A stretch of DNA of 64,000 nt from Solirubrobacterales bacterium (GCA_017304845.1 JAFKLL010000011.1:81480-145479), one strand, 5' to 3'. Positions 35,464 through 49,076 are shown, numbered from the stretch's first letter. The notes: generated from the sequence alone by a model not told the origin. Made by a program: numbers and translations.

Positions 35464-36684
35464 TTGGAATTTTCCGACCCCTACAAATCAACTGATGAGA
35501 ACGAGGACGACACCCTCGTCGAGCGCGCCGACGAGGGCATCGACCTTTCGGAGCCGTTCGGCGGCGGCAGCGTCTTCGCCGACGATCCCGAGGAGCCGCC
35601 GCGGCGCCGAGGTTCCGGTGGCGGCGGTGGTCGCGGCGGGTCTCGACGCCCGGGCCGACGCTCCGGCGGAGGTGGAGGCGGCGATCGCCAGCAGTTGATG
35701 GTCCGTCGCGCGATCGCCCTCGGCGGCGGTCTGCTGGTCGTGATCCTGCTGGTCCTGGGCGCCAAGGGCTGCCTCGACGCCCGCAAGAACCGTTCGCTCG
35801 AGAACTACGCGAACAGCGTCACCCAGATCGTCAACGAGACCAACACCCTCGGCAAGCAGTTCTTCGGGCGCCTGGACGATCCGGGCGAGTTGAGCGTGAC
35901 CGAGTTCACCAGCGAGATCCAGTCCGACCGTTCGGCGATGGACGGCTTCCTGAGCCGGGTCCAGAAGCTGGACACGCCGGGCGACATGAGCGCCGCGCAG
36001 GATTCGCTGACCCTGGTCTACGAGCTGCGGGCCGGCGCCATGGACGAGATCGCCGACCGGATGAGCACCGCCCTCGGCAAGGAGGGCGCCGACCGCGCCA
36101 CGCGCCAGATCGCCAAGCAGATGGAGGTCTTGAGCGCCGCCGACGTGCTCTACAACCGTGTGACCCGGCATCAGATCGACAACACGATCGCCTCGAACGG
36201 CGCTTCCTCGCCGGCGATGCCGCGCAGCACCTTCATCACCAAGCCGGCCGAGTGGATCTCCGCCGACAAGGTGGGCGACGCCTTGAGCGGACTGTCGAGC
36301 GCGGGCAGCACCGAGGACCCCAACGACGGCCTGATCCACGGCACCGGCATCGAGCCGACGACCGCGGTGACGATCGGTGACATCACGCTGGTCCCCGATT
36401 CGACCACCACGATCCCCGCCGGCACCGACCTGACCGTGAACGTCGCGGTCATGAACCAGGGCACGGCCGAGGAGTCGGACGTGAACGTGTCGGTTTCGGT
36501 CAACGGCGGGGCCGCGCTGGAACAGTCGATCCCGACGATCGGCCCCGGCGCGACGGAGACCGCCTCGATCCCGCTGACCCCGGCGCCGACCGGCACGGCG
36601 ACCCTCGACGTCTCGGTTGACGCGGTGCCCGGCGAGTCGGTCACCACGAACAACGAGGCCTCGTACACCATCAGCATCGGGTAG
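35464..36684 (+). CDS. Single-pass membrane protein with Gly/Arg-rich N-terminus and C-terminal CARDB-like domain
   Basis: 406 aa (TTG start, uncertain). RRRGSGGGGGRGGSRRPGRRSGGGGGG, then TM LGGGLLVVILLVLGA. C-terminal LTVNVAVMNQGTAEESDVNVSVSVNG...GPGATETASIPL...TTNNEASYTI fits CARDB. Confidence 0.6.
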   Translation: MEFSDPYKSTDENEDDTLVERADEGIDLSEPFGGGSVFADDPEEPPRRRGSGGGGGRGGSRRPGRRSGGGGGGDRQQLMVRRAIALGGGLLVVILLVLGAKGCLDARKNRSLENYANSVTQIVNETNTLGKQFFGRLDDPGELSVTEFTSEIQSDRSAMDGFLSRVQKLDTPGDMSAAQDSLTLVYELRAGAMDEIADRMSTALGKEGADRATRQIAKQMEVLSAADVLYNRVTRHQIDNTIASNGASSPAMPRSTFITKPAEWISADKVGDALSGLSSAGSTEDPNDGLIHGTGIEPTTAVTIGDITLVPDSTTTIPAGTDLTVNVAVMNQGTAEESDVNVSVSVNGGAALEQSIPTIGPGATETASIPLTPAPTGTATLDVSVDAVPGESVTTNNEASYTISIG

Positions 36685-36690
36685 GACGCT

Positions 36691-37544
36691 TTGCGCGTCG
36701 CCTATCTCGGTCCGGCCGGCACCTTCAGCGAGGACGCGCTCGAGGTGAGCCGCTTCGCCCCGGAGACCTTCGAGCCGCTGATCACCGAGTCGATCCCGGC
36801 GGCCATCGAGGCGGTCGCCGCCGGCGGCGCGGATCGGGCCCTGGTCCCGGTCGAGAACTCGATCGAGGGCTCGGTCCGGCCGACCTTGGACGGCCTGATC
36901 GAACAGGCCGACCGGGTGCGGATCGCCGGCGAGTACGACCACGAGATCCGTTCGGCCCTGATCGGGCGGCCGGGCCAGGCCCCGGAGGAGATCGAAGTGG
37001 TGATCTCGCATCCTCAGCCTCTGGCCCAATGCGCCCGTTTCCTCCGGCTCGAGCTGCCGCAGGCGGAGCTGAGGGTCGCCTCCAGCACCAGCGCCGCGGT
37101 ACGGGAGGTGGCGACGACCGATCAGAGCTGGGCCGCGCTGGCCCCGGCCCGGGCGGCCCGTCTCTACGGCTGCGAGGTGATCCGGGAAGGGATCGAGGAC
37201 GAGCCCGGCAACGCGACCAGGTTCCTCTGGCTCGCCCCGGCGGACGCGAAGGATCCCGATGGCGCGGACGGTTCCGGTCGCGGCGGGTCGTGGAAGACGA
37301 GCCTCGCCTTCGCGGAGCTGGGCGCCGATCACCCGGGGGCGCTGGTCGACGCGCTCTACGAGTTCTCGAACCGGGACATCAACCTGGTCCGGATCGAGTC
37401 ACGTCCGATGCGCCGCGAGCTCGGTCGATACCGATTCTTCATCGACGTCGAGGGGAGGGCCGGAGAGCCCTCGATCGACGCTGCGATCGAGGGCCTCAGG
37501 TCCAAGGCGGAGTGGGTCAGGAACCTGGGTTCCTACCCCACCTC

Positions 37545-37548
<4 letters not shown>
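36691..37548 (+). CDS. pheA: Prephenate dehydratase
   Basis: 285 aa, TTG start. MRVAYLGPAGTFSE, NATRFLWL, ACT-domain ESRP motif (IESRPMRRELGRYRFFIDVEG). Confidence 0.85.
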
Positions 37549-40106
<2,558 letters not shown>

Positions 40107-40110
40107 CAGG

Positions 40111-40148
40111 CGATTCCCTCCGGAATCGGATTAGCCGATTCATTCGAA

Positions 40149-40150
<2 letters not shown>
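40111..40150 (-). promoter_or_regulatory. Four alternating CGATTC/GAATCG arms forming three mutually overlapping hairpins in the gyrB-gyrA spacer
   Basis: The mRNA reads UGA-UUCGAAUGAAUCGGCUAAUCCGAUUCCGGAGGGAAUCGCCUG-AUG. Possible stems are GAUUC/GAAUC, GAAUCGG/CCGAUUC and CGAUUCC/GGAAUCG; the last has the Shine-Dalgarno core GGAG as its loop. Confidence 0.4.
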
Positions 40151-42557
<2,407 letters not shown>

Positions 42558-42608
42558 TTACTACCTTTCAGAAAACCGTTCGGCGGCCATCGACACCCTG
42601 GGCCATCC

Positions 42609-42617
42609 TGTGGACAA
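42609..42617. promoter_or_regulatory. Perfect actinobacterial-type DnaA box TGTGGACAA (reverse complement TTGTCCACA) upstream of gyrB
   Basis: Read directly in the sequence, about 50 nt upstream of the gyrB TTG start. Confidence 0.45.
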
Positions 42618-42752
42618 GTTGGCCTGGACGATCCCGCGAGTCAGGTGTTCATAATACCAGTCGCGATCGGATAAACCCGCACCACAGCGCGGAAAAAGCC
42701 CTGCAAATCGCCAATTTTTATGGCTACTTGACAGAGTTGTTGAGGATTCTTC

Positions 42753-43061
42753 TCAACTTGAGGCGCGAAAACGCAACGTTTCGGGCGCGGAAGACCCCAT
42801 TTCGTCACGTAGAAGTCCCAGGATCCGGGGCGCCATCATCTCCAGTTCCTGGGCCCAGACGGCGCTGGAGCACTCCACCGTCACGACCCCGTCTCGCTCG
42901 TCGACGACGTCGGTGACCGCGGCGATCCGCTCGCCGACCGTGCCGTCCCACAGGGCCTGTACCCCCGCCAGGGGAGTGTCCGGGGTGATCTCCTCGCGGA
43001 AGGAACCGAGGAAGTCCCCGATCCGCCTCGGATGACGCCGAGGGTCGCGTGGGTCGCTCAC
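42753..43061 (-). CDS. DUF721 protein (DciA-like, at the position occupied by the helicase-loader-related gene in Actinobacteria)
   Basis: 102 aa, between recF and gyrB, 4-nt overlap with recF. The call rests on position and size; sequence recognition is weak. Confidence 0.6.
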   Translation of the reverse strand: MSDPRDPRRHPRRIGDFLGSFREEITPDTPLAGVQALWDGTVGERIAAVTDVVDERDGVVTVECSSAVWAQELEMMAPRILGLLRDEMGSSAPETLRFRASS

Positions 43062-44140
43062 TCGGAACCCGTGATCAGGTCGCTGATCGGTACCCGGCTG
43101 ATCCGCTCGTCCTCGGGGATCAGCTCACCCTCGGCCGCGGTGATGACGCTCTGTCCTCCCTCGAGAAGCAACTCGACCAATCGTCCCCGTCGATGCTCGT
43201 CGAGCTCGCTCATCACGTCGTCGAGCAACATCAGGGGCGGAGTGCCGCCACCCTCGATCAAGGACGAACGCTCCGCGAAGAGGAGGGCGAGCAGGCCGAT
43301 CCGCTGCTGTCCCTGCGATCCGAACCGACGCAGCTGGCGACCGTTCAGCTCGAGGCGCACTTCGTCGTGATGAGGACCCCAGCTGGTGCGGCCGAGACGG
43401 AGATCCTTGTCGAGACGTTCCTGCAATCCCTCTTCTATCTCCGTGGCGGTCATGGCCCCGCCGGGCCGGTACTCGAGCCGGGTCGACCCCTCCAGCCCGA
43501 GCTCGGCGGAGATCTCGGCCCAACGGGCGCTGAGCGTCTCGGTCGCCTCCGATCGGCTCTCGGCCAAGGCGGCTCCGGTCTCGGCCAACTGGCGATTCCA
43601 CGTGGACAACTGACCGGAATCCGATCCGTTCACGGCGATCCGGGCGATCAGCGCGTTCCGTTGAGCCAGGACCCGACCGAAGTTGGTCCGTCGCTCGGCC
43701 CGGGAAGGCCAGCGGGCAGCGATGAACGAATCGAGGTGGGAACGGCGATTGGACGGCGGGCCCTTGACCAGGTCGAGCCGGTCGGGGGAGAAGACCATGA
43801 CCATCGGTCGGTTGCGGATCGCTTCGACACGGTCGATCGCGGCCCCGTCCATGGTGAAGCGGTTTCCCTCGGCCCTCGAGGCGGCCGACATGAAGACGTG
43901 GTCGACACCCGATCCGGAGACCGTGACCCGGCAGCGTGCGTAGGAATCCCCGAAGGGGATCAGGTCGCGCCTATCCGAGGTCCGGAAGGAGCGGGCCGTG
44001 AGACCGAAGTAGATCGACTCGACCAGATTCGTCTTGCCGGCCCCGTTCGGGCCGATCACGACGGTCAGCCCAGGGTCCGGCTCGAAGCTGACCCCGGTCA
44101 GAGACCTGACCCGGTCCGCGTCGACCCGGGCTACGACCAT
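43058..44140 (-). CDS. recF: DNA replication and repair protein RecF
   Basis: 360 aa. Walker A GPNGAGKTNLVESI; signature SQGQQR; LLDDVMSELD. Confidence 0.9.
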   Translation of the reverse strand: MVVARVDADRVRSLTGVSFEPDPGLTVVIGPNGAGKTNLVESIYFGLTARSFRTSDRRDLIPFGDSYARCRVTVSGSGVDHVFMSAASRAEGNRFTMDGAAIDRVEAIRNRPMVMVFSPDRLDLVKGPPSNRRSHLDSFIAARWPSRAERRTNFGRVLAQRNALIARIAVNGSDSGQLSTWNRQLAETGAALAESRSEATETLSARWAEISAELGLEGSTRLEYRPGGAMTATEIEEGLQERLDKDLRLGRTSWGPHHDEVRLELNGRQLRRFGSQGQQRIGLLALLFAERSSLIEGGGTPPLMLLDDVMSELDEHRRGRLVELLLEGGQSVITAAEGELIPEDERISRVPISDLITGSE

Positions 44141-44143
44141 CGG

Positions 44144-45256
44144 CTACTCGTTGAGCCTGATCGGCATGACCAGGTAACGGAAGTCCTCGCCCTCGACCGG
44201 CTGCAGAAGACCAGGACGGAGCGGCGAGATCAGGCGCAGCAGGACCTCGTCTTCCTTGATCGCCTCGAGGCCGTCACGGAAGAACTCGTGGTTGAAGCCG
44301 ATCGCCAGCTCCTCGCCCTCGAAGCTCGCCGGCAGCTTCTCCTCGGCATCGCCGAGGTCGGGGGTCTCCGCCGAGATCGTCAGTTCGCCGGGGGAGAGGG
44401 CGATCTTCAGGGGGCGATTCTTCTGGGCCATCTGGCTCACCCGTCGCACCGACTCGAGCAGCTCGGTCCGCGGAAGACGGACGTCGTGCTCCCAGGTGTC
44501 TGGGAAGAGCTGCTGGTACTTCGGGAACTGACCGTCGACCGTCGTGGTGGAGAGGACGGAACCGTCCACGTTGAAGACGACCACCCGATCGGTGACCGAG
44601 AGGCGGACCGAGTCTGAATCGGAGGCGCCGAGAAGACGAGACAGCTCTTTGAGGGCATGGGCCGGGATGTTGCGATCGAGCTCGGTCGAGACCGGCTCGG
44701 CCAGGCGGGTCTGCTTGACGGCGAGACGGTAGGAGTCGGTGGCGACCATGGTCAGCTCGTTGCCGGTGGCCAGCACCTGGACGCTGGTCAGGACCGGACG
44801 CATGTCGTCGCGGGAGGCGGCCCGTGCGACGAGGTCGATGGTCTCGACCAGGGACTCGCGATTGAGCGAGATCGTGTCGCCGCTCGCATCGGGCAGCGGC
44901 GGGAAGTCGTCGCTGGAGAGCGTGCGGATGTGGAAGTTCGAAGATCCCGACGTGATCTGGACGGTCCGCTCCGAGGCGAGGTACTCGATCTCGGACTGGC
45001 CGCCGCCGAGGAGACGTGAGATGTCGGCGAAGAGGCGACCGGGAAGAAGGACCTTCCCGTCCGACTCGATCGAGCCCTCTACATGGACCGGGACCTTGAG
45101 ACTCATGTTGCCGTCGGTCGAGCTGAAGGAGAGGCTACCATCACGGGCTTCGAGCAGGATCCCGCCGAGGGCAGGGTTGACTCCGCCGGACGCAAGGGTG
45201 CGGGCGACGAGGGAAAGTTTCCCGGACAGCTCGGTGTTCTTGATTGAGAACTTCAA
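44144..45256 (-). CDS. dnaN: DNA polymerase III beta sliding clamp
   Basis: 370 aa, TTG start. MKFSIKNTEL at the N-terminus and MPIRLNE at the C-terminus; three-domain length. Confidence 0.9.
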   Translation of the reverse strand: MKFSIKNTELSGKLSLVARTLASGGVNPALGGILLEARDGSLSFSSTDGNMSLKVPVHVEGSIESDGKVLLPGRLFADISRLLGGGQSEIEYLASERTVQITSGSSNFHIRTLSSDDFPPLPDASGDTISLNRESLVETIDLVARAASRDDMRPVLTSVQVLATGNELTMVATDSYRLAVKQTRLAEPVSTELDRNIPAHALKELSRLLGASDSDSVRLSVTDRVVVFNVDGSVLSTTTVDGQFPKYQQLFPDTWEHDVRLPRTELLESVRRVSQMAQKNRPLKIALSPGELTISAETPDLGDAEEKLPASFEGEELAIGFNHEFFRDGLEAIKEDEVLLRLISPLRPGLLQPVEGEDFRYLVMPIRLNE

Positions 45257-45401
45257 ATCCGAATACCTCGTTTAAGGGTGTCAGTTCTGTGGAGTAAAGC
45301 GCAGAACCAAGAGAAAAGGCTTGGTGGAGCCGAATCGCCTGTGGGTTGTTGGTGGAGAAGCCGGGATTCTCGCAACCGGCGCGGCGGTTGACGAGAACAT
45401 G
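45257..45401. other. dnaA-dnaN spacer: candidate (very compact) oriC segment with degenerate DnaA-box-like repeats
   Basis: 145 bp, visibly AT-enriched. Same-orientation motifs: TCTGTGGAG (45286-45294), TTGGTGGAG (45321-45329), TGTGGGTTG (45340-45348), TTGGTGGAG (45349-45357). Confidence 0.35.
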
Positions 45402-46775
45402 TCAGGAGTTTTCCCGAGGGCTGTGGATGTCTGCGCGCAGCATCTCCACAGAGTTGGTGACGATCGGGTCGTCGCCGATGGCCTGGTCGATCCGGTCTAT
45501 CGAGTTCAGGACGGTGGTGTGATCACGGCCTCCGTAGAGGGCGCCGATCTGGGGGAGGGACAGCGGGGTCATCTCGCGGGTCAGGAAGATCGCGACGTGT
45601 CGAGCGGTGGCCGTGTTGCGGTCGCGACGCTTGGACTGAAGGGTCTCCTCGTCGATGCCGAAGTGATCGGCCACGGTGCTGCGGATCAACTCGGGGGTGA
45701 TGGAGACGCCGGGCTCGGTCTCGTCGACGGGGAAGACGGAAGAGATCAGGTCCGAGGTGATCGGGGTCGCGGTGAGGGAAGACTCGGCGATGGTCCTCGT
45801 CAGGGCCCCGCGAAGCTGGCGGAGGTTCGTCTTGACTCGGCGTGCGAGCAGGGTGAGGGCGTCCTGATCGGTGATCTCGAGGCCGGCCTCGGTGACGAGA
45901 TGACGCAGGACCGTGAGGCGGGTGGCGAGGTTCGGGGCCTCGAGCGGAACCGTCAGTCCCCACTCGAAGCGGTCGCTGAGACGGTCGGCGAGGGTCGAGA
46001 TCTCGGAAGGAGAGCGGTCGGCCGAGAGGACGATCTGACTGCCGGCGTCGTGAAGGGCGTTGAAGGTGTGGAAGAACTCTTCCTCGGTGTGGTGCTTGCC
46101 GGCGATGAACTGGATGTCGTCGATCAGGAGGACGTCCAGATTCCGGTAGCGCTTCTTGAAGGCGTCGGTTCCCTCTTCTCGCAGGGCCGTCACGAACTCG
46201 GCGGTGAATGCCTCGGCATTGGTGTAGAGGACGTTCAGCTCTGGGACGTGAAGGGCGAGGTAGTTGGCGACCGCGCCGAGCAGGTGGGTCTTGCCGAGTC
46301 CGGGAGGGCCGTGGAGGAAGAGCGGGTTGTATGCCTCGGAGGGCGCCTCGGCGACGGCCAGGGCTGCGGCGTGGGCGAGGTGGTTGCCGGGGCCGATGAC
46401 GAAGCGGTCGAAGTCATGGGTCGGGTTGGGGGCCGCGGGGGCGCTGACGGGGGAGGCCGGCTCGGGCTCGGGCGGAGCCTCGAAGGTGACCGAGGTCAGG
46501 TGGCTGCCGCTGGACCGGAGGGTCTGGTCGATGACGTCGAGGTAGCGTCGCTCGACCCAGGTGCGGATCGCGTCGGGTGCCTGGAGGTAGAGGGTGGTGC
46601 CGCGGACCGCGGTGGCCTCGATCGGAGCGACCCACATCCGCCAGGTGGACTCGTAGAGGCGAGCCTTGAGAGGTTCCTGGATTGAAGCCCACTCCTTGAC
46701 CGCTCGTGCCGATCCAGGCAGCGGTTTGTGGCTTGGGGCCTGGGATCGGGATGTCGTGGTCGCGGTTTCAGTCAC
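45402..46775 (-). CDS. dnaA: Chromosomal replication initiator DnaA
   Basis: 457 aa, GTG start. NPLFLHGPPGLGKTHLL, LLIDDIQF, RDRNTATARHVAIFLTRE motifs. Confidence 0.95.
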   Translation of the reverse strand: MTETATTTSRSQAPSHKPLPGSARAVKEWASIQEPLKARLYESTWRMWVAPIEATAVRGTTLYLQAPDAIRTWVERRYLDVIDQTLRSSGSHLTSVTFEAPPEPEPASPVSAPAAPNPTHDFDRFVIGPGNHLAHAAALAVAEAPSEAYNPLFLHGPPGLGKTHLLGAVANYLALHVPELNVLYTNAEAFTAEFVTALREEGTDAFKKRYRNLDVLLIDDIQFIAGKHHTEEEFFHTFNALHDAGSQIVLSADRSPSEISTLADRLSDRFEWGLTVPLEAPNLATRLTVLRHLVTEAGLEITDQDALTLLARRVKTNLRQLRGALTRTIAESSLTATPITSDLISSVFPVDETEPGVSITPELIRSTVADHFGIDEETLQSKRRDRNTATARHVAIFLTREMTPLSLPQIGALYGGRDHTTVLNSIDRIDQAIGDDPIVTNSVEMLRADIHSPRENS

Positions 46776-46958
46776 GTCGAGAGAGCGGGAAGGGGAGTTC
46801 TTCCTGCCTGTCTGGCGACCATAGCGTCGGGAGGGAATAGTTGACCCGCAGCCCTCGCAAATCGCGCGGAAAATTTCTTTGCATCCGAAAGTCGGCTTGC
46901 GGAGCGGGGGAGGCGAGAGACCTTCGACTCGAGAATGTCCTTATACTGCCCGGCTCCA

Positions 46959-47093
46959 ATGAAGCGTACGTACCAGCCAAAGAAGCGCAAGCGCGCCAAG
47001 ACCCACGGCTTTAGGGCTCGCATGAGCACCAAGGGTGGGCGCGAAGTCATCCGTCGCCGCCGCCGCAAGGGCCGTAAGCGGCTCGCTGTCTGA
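46959..47093 (+). CDS. rpmH: 50S ribosomal protein L34
   Basis: Too short for the ORF track. Manual translation gives [44 protein letters not shown] (44 aa). TATACT lies at 46942-46947, just upstream. Confidence 0.9.
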   Translation: MKRTYQPKKRKRAKTHGFRARMSTKGGREVIRRRRRKGRKRLAV

Positions 47094-47095
47094 CC

Positions 47096-47485
47096 ATGTC
47101 GGGCACCGGCCCTGGATCCCCCAGGCGCCGCAGGATCTCCCGCAGCGGAGATTTCAAACGGGCTTACAGAAACGGGTCGTCTAAGGCGACCCGTTTTCTC
47201 GTTCTCTACCGATTCGATCGGAAGCCGGACGACGACTCGGACATCCGTCTCGGTGTCTCGGTGTCGAAGAAGCTCGGCGATGCGGTGACGCGCAATCGGG
47301 TGAAGCGCGTGCTCAAGGAGGCCTTCTGGTCGAAGGTAGATCCCGAGAGCCTCGATCAGGACTTCGTGTTGGTGGCTCGCACCGGCATCGGCGAGGTGAT
47401 CGAGAAGGAGGGCCTGGCCGGAGCGGAGGTATGTGTCGAGGAAGTTCTGGCGCTCGGGGGAGACGGGACCAAGCGTTCCACGTGA
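47096..47485 (+). CDS. rnpA: Ribonuclease P protein component
   Basis: 129 aa. Basic N-terminus, RFLVLYRF, GVSVSKKLGDAVTRNRVKR. Starts 2 nt after rpmH. Confidence 0.85.
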   Translation: MSGTGPGSPRRRRISRSGDFKRAYRNGSSKATRFLVLYRFDRKPDDDSDIRLGVSVSKKLGDAVTRNRVKRVLKEAFWSKVDPESLDQDFVLVARTGIGEVIEKEGLAGAEVCVEEVLALGGDGTKRST

Positions 47486-47489
47486 AACG
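47474..47489. promoter_or_regulatory. parS centromere-like site
   Basis: CGTTCCACGTGAAACG matches TGTTCCACGTGAAACA at 14 of 16 positions (only the outermost bases differ) and the 14-mer GTTTCACGTGAAAC at 13 of 14. It spans the rnpA stop and the yidD start. Confidence 0.6.
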
Positions 47490-47757
47490 GGTGGTCCTGT
47501 TTCCGGTCCGCGCTTACAGCCGCTGGATCTCGCCTCTACTGCCCCGTAGATGCAAGTACGAACCGACTTGTTCGGCCTACGCGATAGAGGCGGTCGAACG
47601 TTTCGGAGTCATACGGGGTACAGTTCTCGCCTGCTGGCGCATCCTGCGCTGTAACCCGTTCAGTCACGGTGGCTTCGACCCCGTGCGGGAAAACTTCACA
47701 CTGAAGGTCGGACCTATCGATCCGGCCGTGTACCACGGAGAAAAAGAACAGCGTTGA
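47482..47757 (+). CDS. yidD: Membrane protein insertion efficiency factor YidD
   Basis: Track ORF is 47431..47757. Start set at GTG 47482 (GTGA overlap with the rnpA stop). YSRWISPLLPRRCKYEPTCSAYAIEAV...RCNPFSHGGFDPV. Confidence 0.8.
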   Translation: MKRVVLFPVRAYSRWISPLLPRRCKYEPTCSAYAIEAVERFGVIRGTVLACWRILRCNPFSHGGFDPVRENFTLKVGPIDPAVYHGEKEQR

Positions 47758-48572
47758 TGCCGACCGCAAACATCCTTCAGCCTTTGATCGATGCCGCCAA
47801 TGCGGTCCTCTCGTTCTTCCACGACGACATCGGCGTCAGCTGGGGCATGGCGATCATCCTTCTGACCGTCTGCACCCGCGCCCTCCTGATCCCGCTCACC
47901 TACAAGCAGCTCAAGAGCATGCGGGCTCTGCAGGCCTTCCAGCCGCAGATGAAGGAGATTCAGGAGAAGTACAAGAACGATCGTCAGCGCCTCTCCCAGG
48001 AGATGATGAAGTTCTACCAGGAGAACAAGATCAATCCTCTTGCCTCCTGCGTTCCGCTGATCGCTCAGCTCCCGATCTTCATCACCCTCTTCCAGGCCCT
48101 CAAGGGACCGCTTCGCGAAGACATCTGCGGTCAGACCGCGGTCGCCTGTAGCCAGCTGACCACGGCTCAGATCGACGCCAACCCGGCGATCCACGCGCTC
48201 TACCCCTTCGGCGAGTCGTTCCTCTTCATCCCCGACCTGACCGACAAGGCCACCGGCGGCGTCCTGGTCGCCCTGCTGATCATCTACGTCGGTACCCAGC
48301 TCTTCTCCGGAATGGTCATGGCGACCACTTCCGACCGCAATCAGAAGATGCTGATGATGGCGCTCCCCTTTATCTTCGTCCCCTTCATCATCGCCTTCCC
48401 GGCCGGCCTGATCCTCTACTGGATCACGACCAACATCTGGACGATCGGCCAGCAGTACGTGGTCAACAAGATCATCCCGCCGCCGGTGATGGCAACACCC
48501 GAGGGAGCGGCCGCCGTGGCCGCGACCAAGCCGCCCCCACCGCCGCCCAAGAAGAAGAAGCGCAAGCGCTGA
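47757..48572 (+). CDS. yidC: Membrane protein insertase YidC (short form without large periplasmic domain)
   Basis: About 271 aa (ATG 47757, or TTG 47754). LLIPLTYKQLKSMRA, QPQMKEIQEKYK motifs; lysine-rich tail KKKKRKR. Confidence 0.85.
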   Translation: MPTANILQPLIDAANAVLSFFHDDIGVSWGMAIILLTVCTRALLIPLTYKQLKSMRALQAFQPQMKEIQEKYKNDRQRLSQEMMKFYQENKINPLASCVPLIAQLPIFITLFQALKGPLREDICGQTAVACSQLTTAQIDANPAIHALYPFGESFLFIPDLTDKATGGVLVALLIIYVGTQLFSGMVMATTSDRNQKMLMMALPFIFVPFIIAFPAGLILYWITTNIWTIGQQYVVNKIIPPPVMATPEGAAAVAATKPPPPPPKKKKRKR

Positions 48573-48596
48573 GCTTCTGCGTCTAGACTCCCAGCG

Positions 48597-49076
48597 ATGG
48601 AAGCGAGCGATTGGCCGGCCGAGCCGGCGGAACGGGTGAGGTTGCTGGTCGAGCGTGTTCTCGACGAACTCGATCTCGATGGCGAGGTCGAGCTCGACGA
48701 AACCGAAGACGTGATCACCGCCACGGTCGAGGGAGACGAGGACTACGGGCTGCTGATCGGCCGTCGCGGTCAGACGATCGACGCGCTTCAGCTTCTGGCC
48801 TTCCAGGCCGCCTTCCGGGGGATCCGCGACCGCAAGCGAGTGGTCGTCGATGCCGCCGGATACCGCGCCAGGCGTGAGGAAGTCATCTCGGAGCGCGCCG
48901 ATCGGGCCGCCGAGAAGGCGATCTCCTCCGGCAACGAGGTCGAGCTCGACCCGATGAGCGCCCGCGAGCGCCGCATCGTCCACGAGCACCTGAAGTCCCG
49001 GCCGGAGGTCGAGACGTTCAGCTCTGGCGACGATCCTCACCGCCGCGTCGTCGTGGCGCCCCTGATCTCGGAGTGA
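48597..49076 (+). CDS. jag: Jag/KhpB-type KH plus R3H RNA-binding protein (no Jag_N domain)
   Basis: 159 aa. GLLIGRRGQTIDALQ (KH), MSARERRIVHEHL (R3H). Confidence 0.8.
   Translation: MEASDWPAEPAERVRLLVERVLDELDLDGEVELDETEDVITATVEGDEDYGLLIGRRGQTIDALQLLAFQAAFRGIRDRKRVVVDAAGYRARREEVISERADRAAEKAISSGNEVELDPMSARERRIVHEHLKSRPEVETFSSGDDPHRRVVVAPLISE

Noticed and set aside
46776-46958. rpmH-dnaA spacer examined as oriC or as a site of clear divergent promoters.
   Set aside because: No DnaA-box-like motif was recognisable. Only a short AT patch (GGAAAATTTCTTTGCATCC) and a TATACT close to rpmH are present. -35/-10 spacings do not fit well, so no promoter feature is claimed beyond the note in the rpmH evidence.
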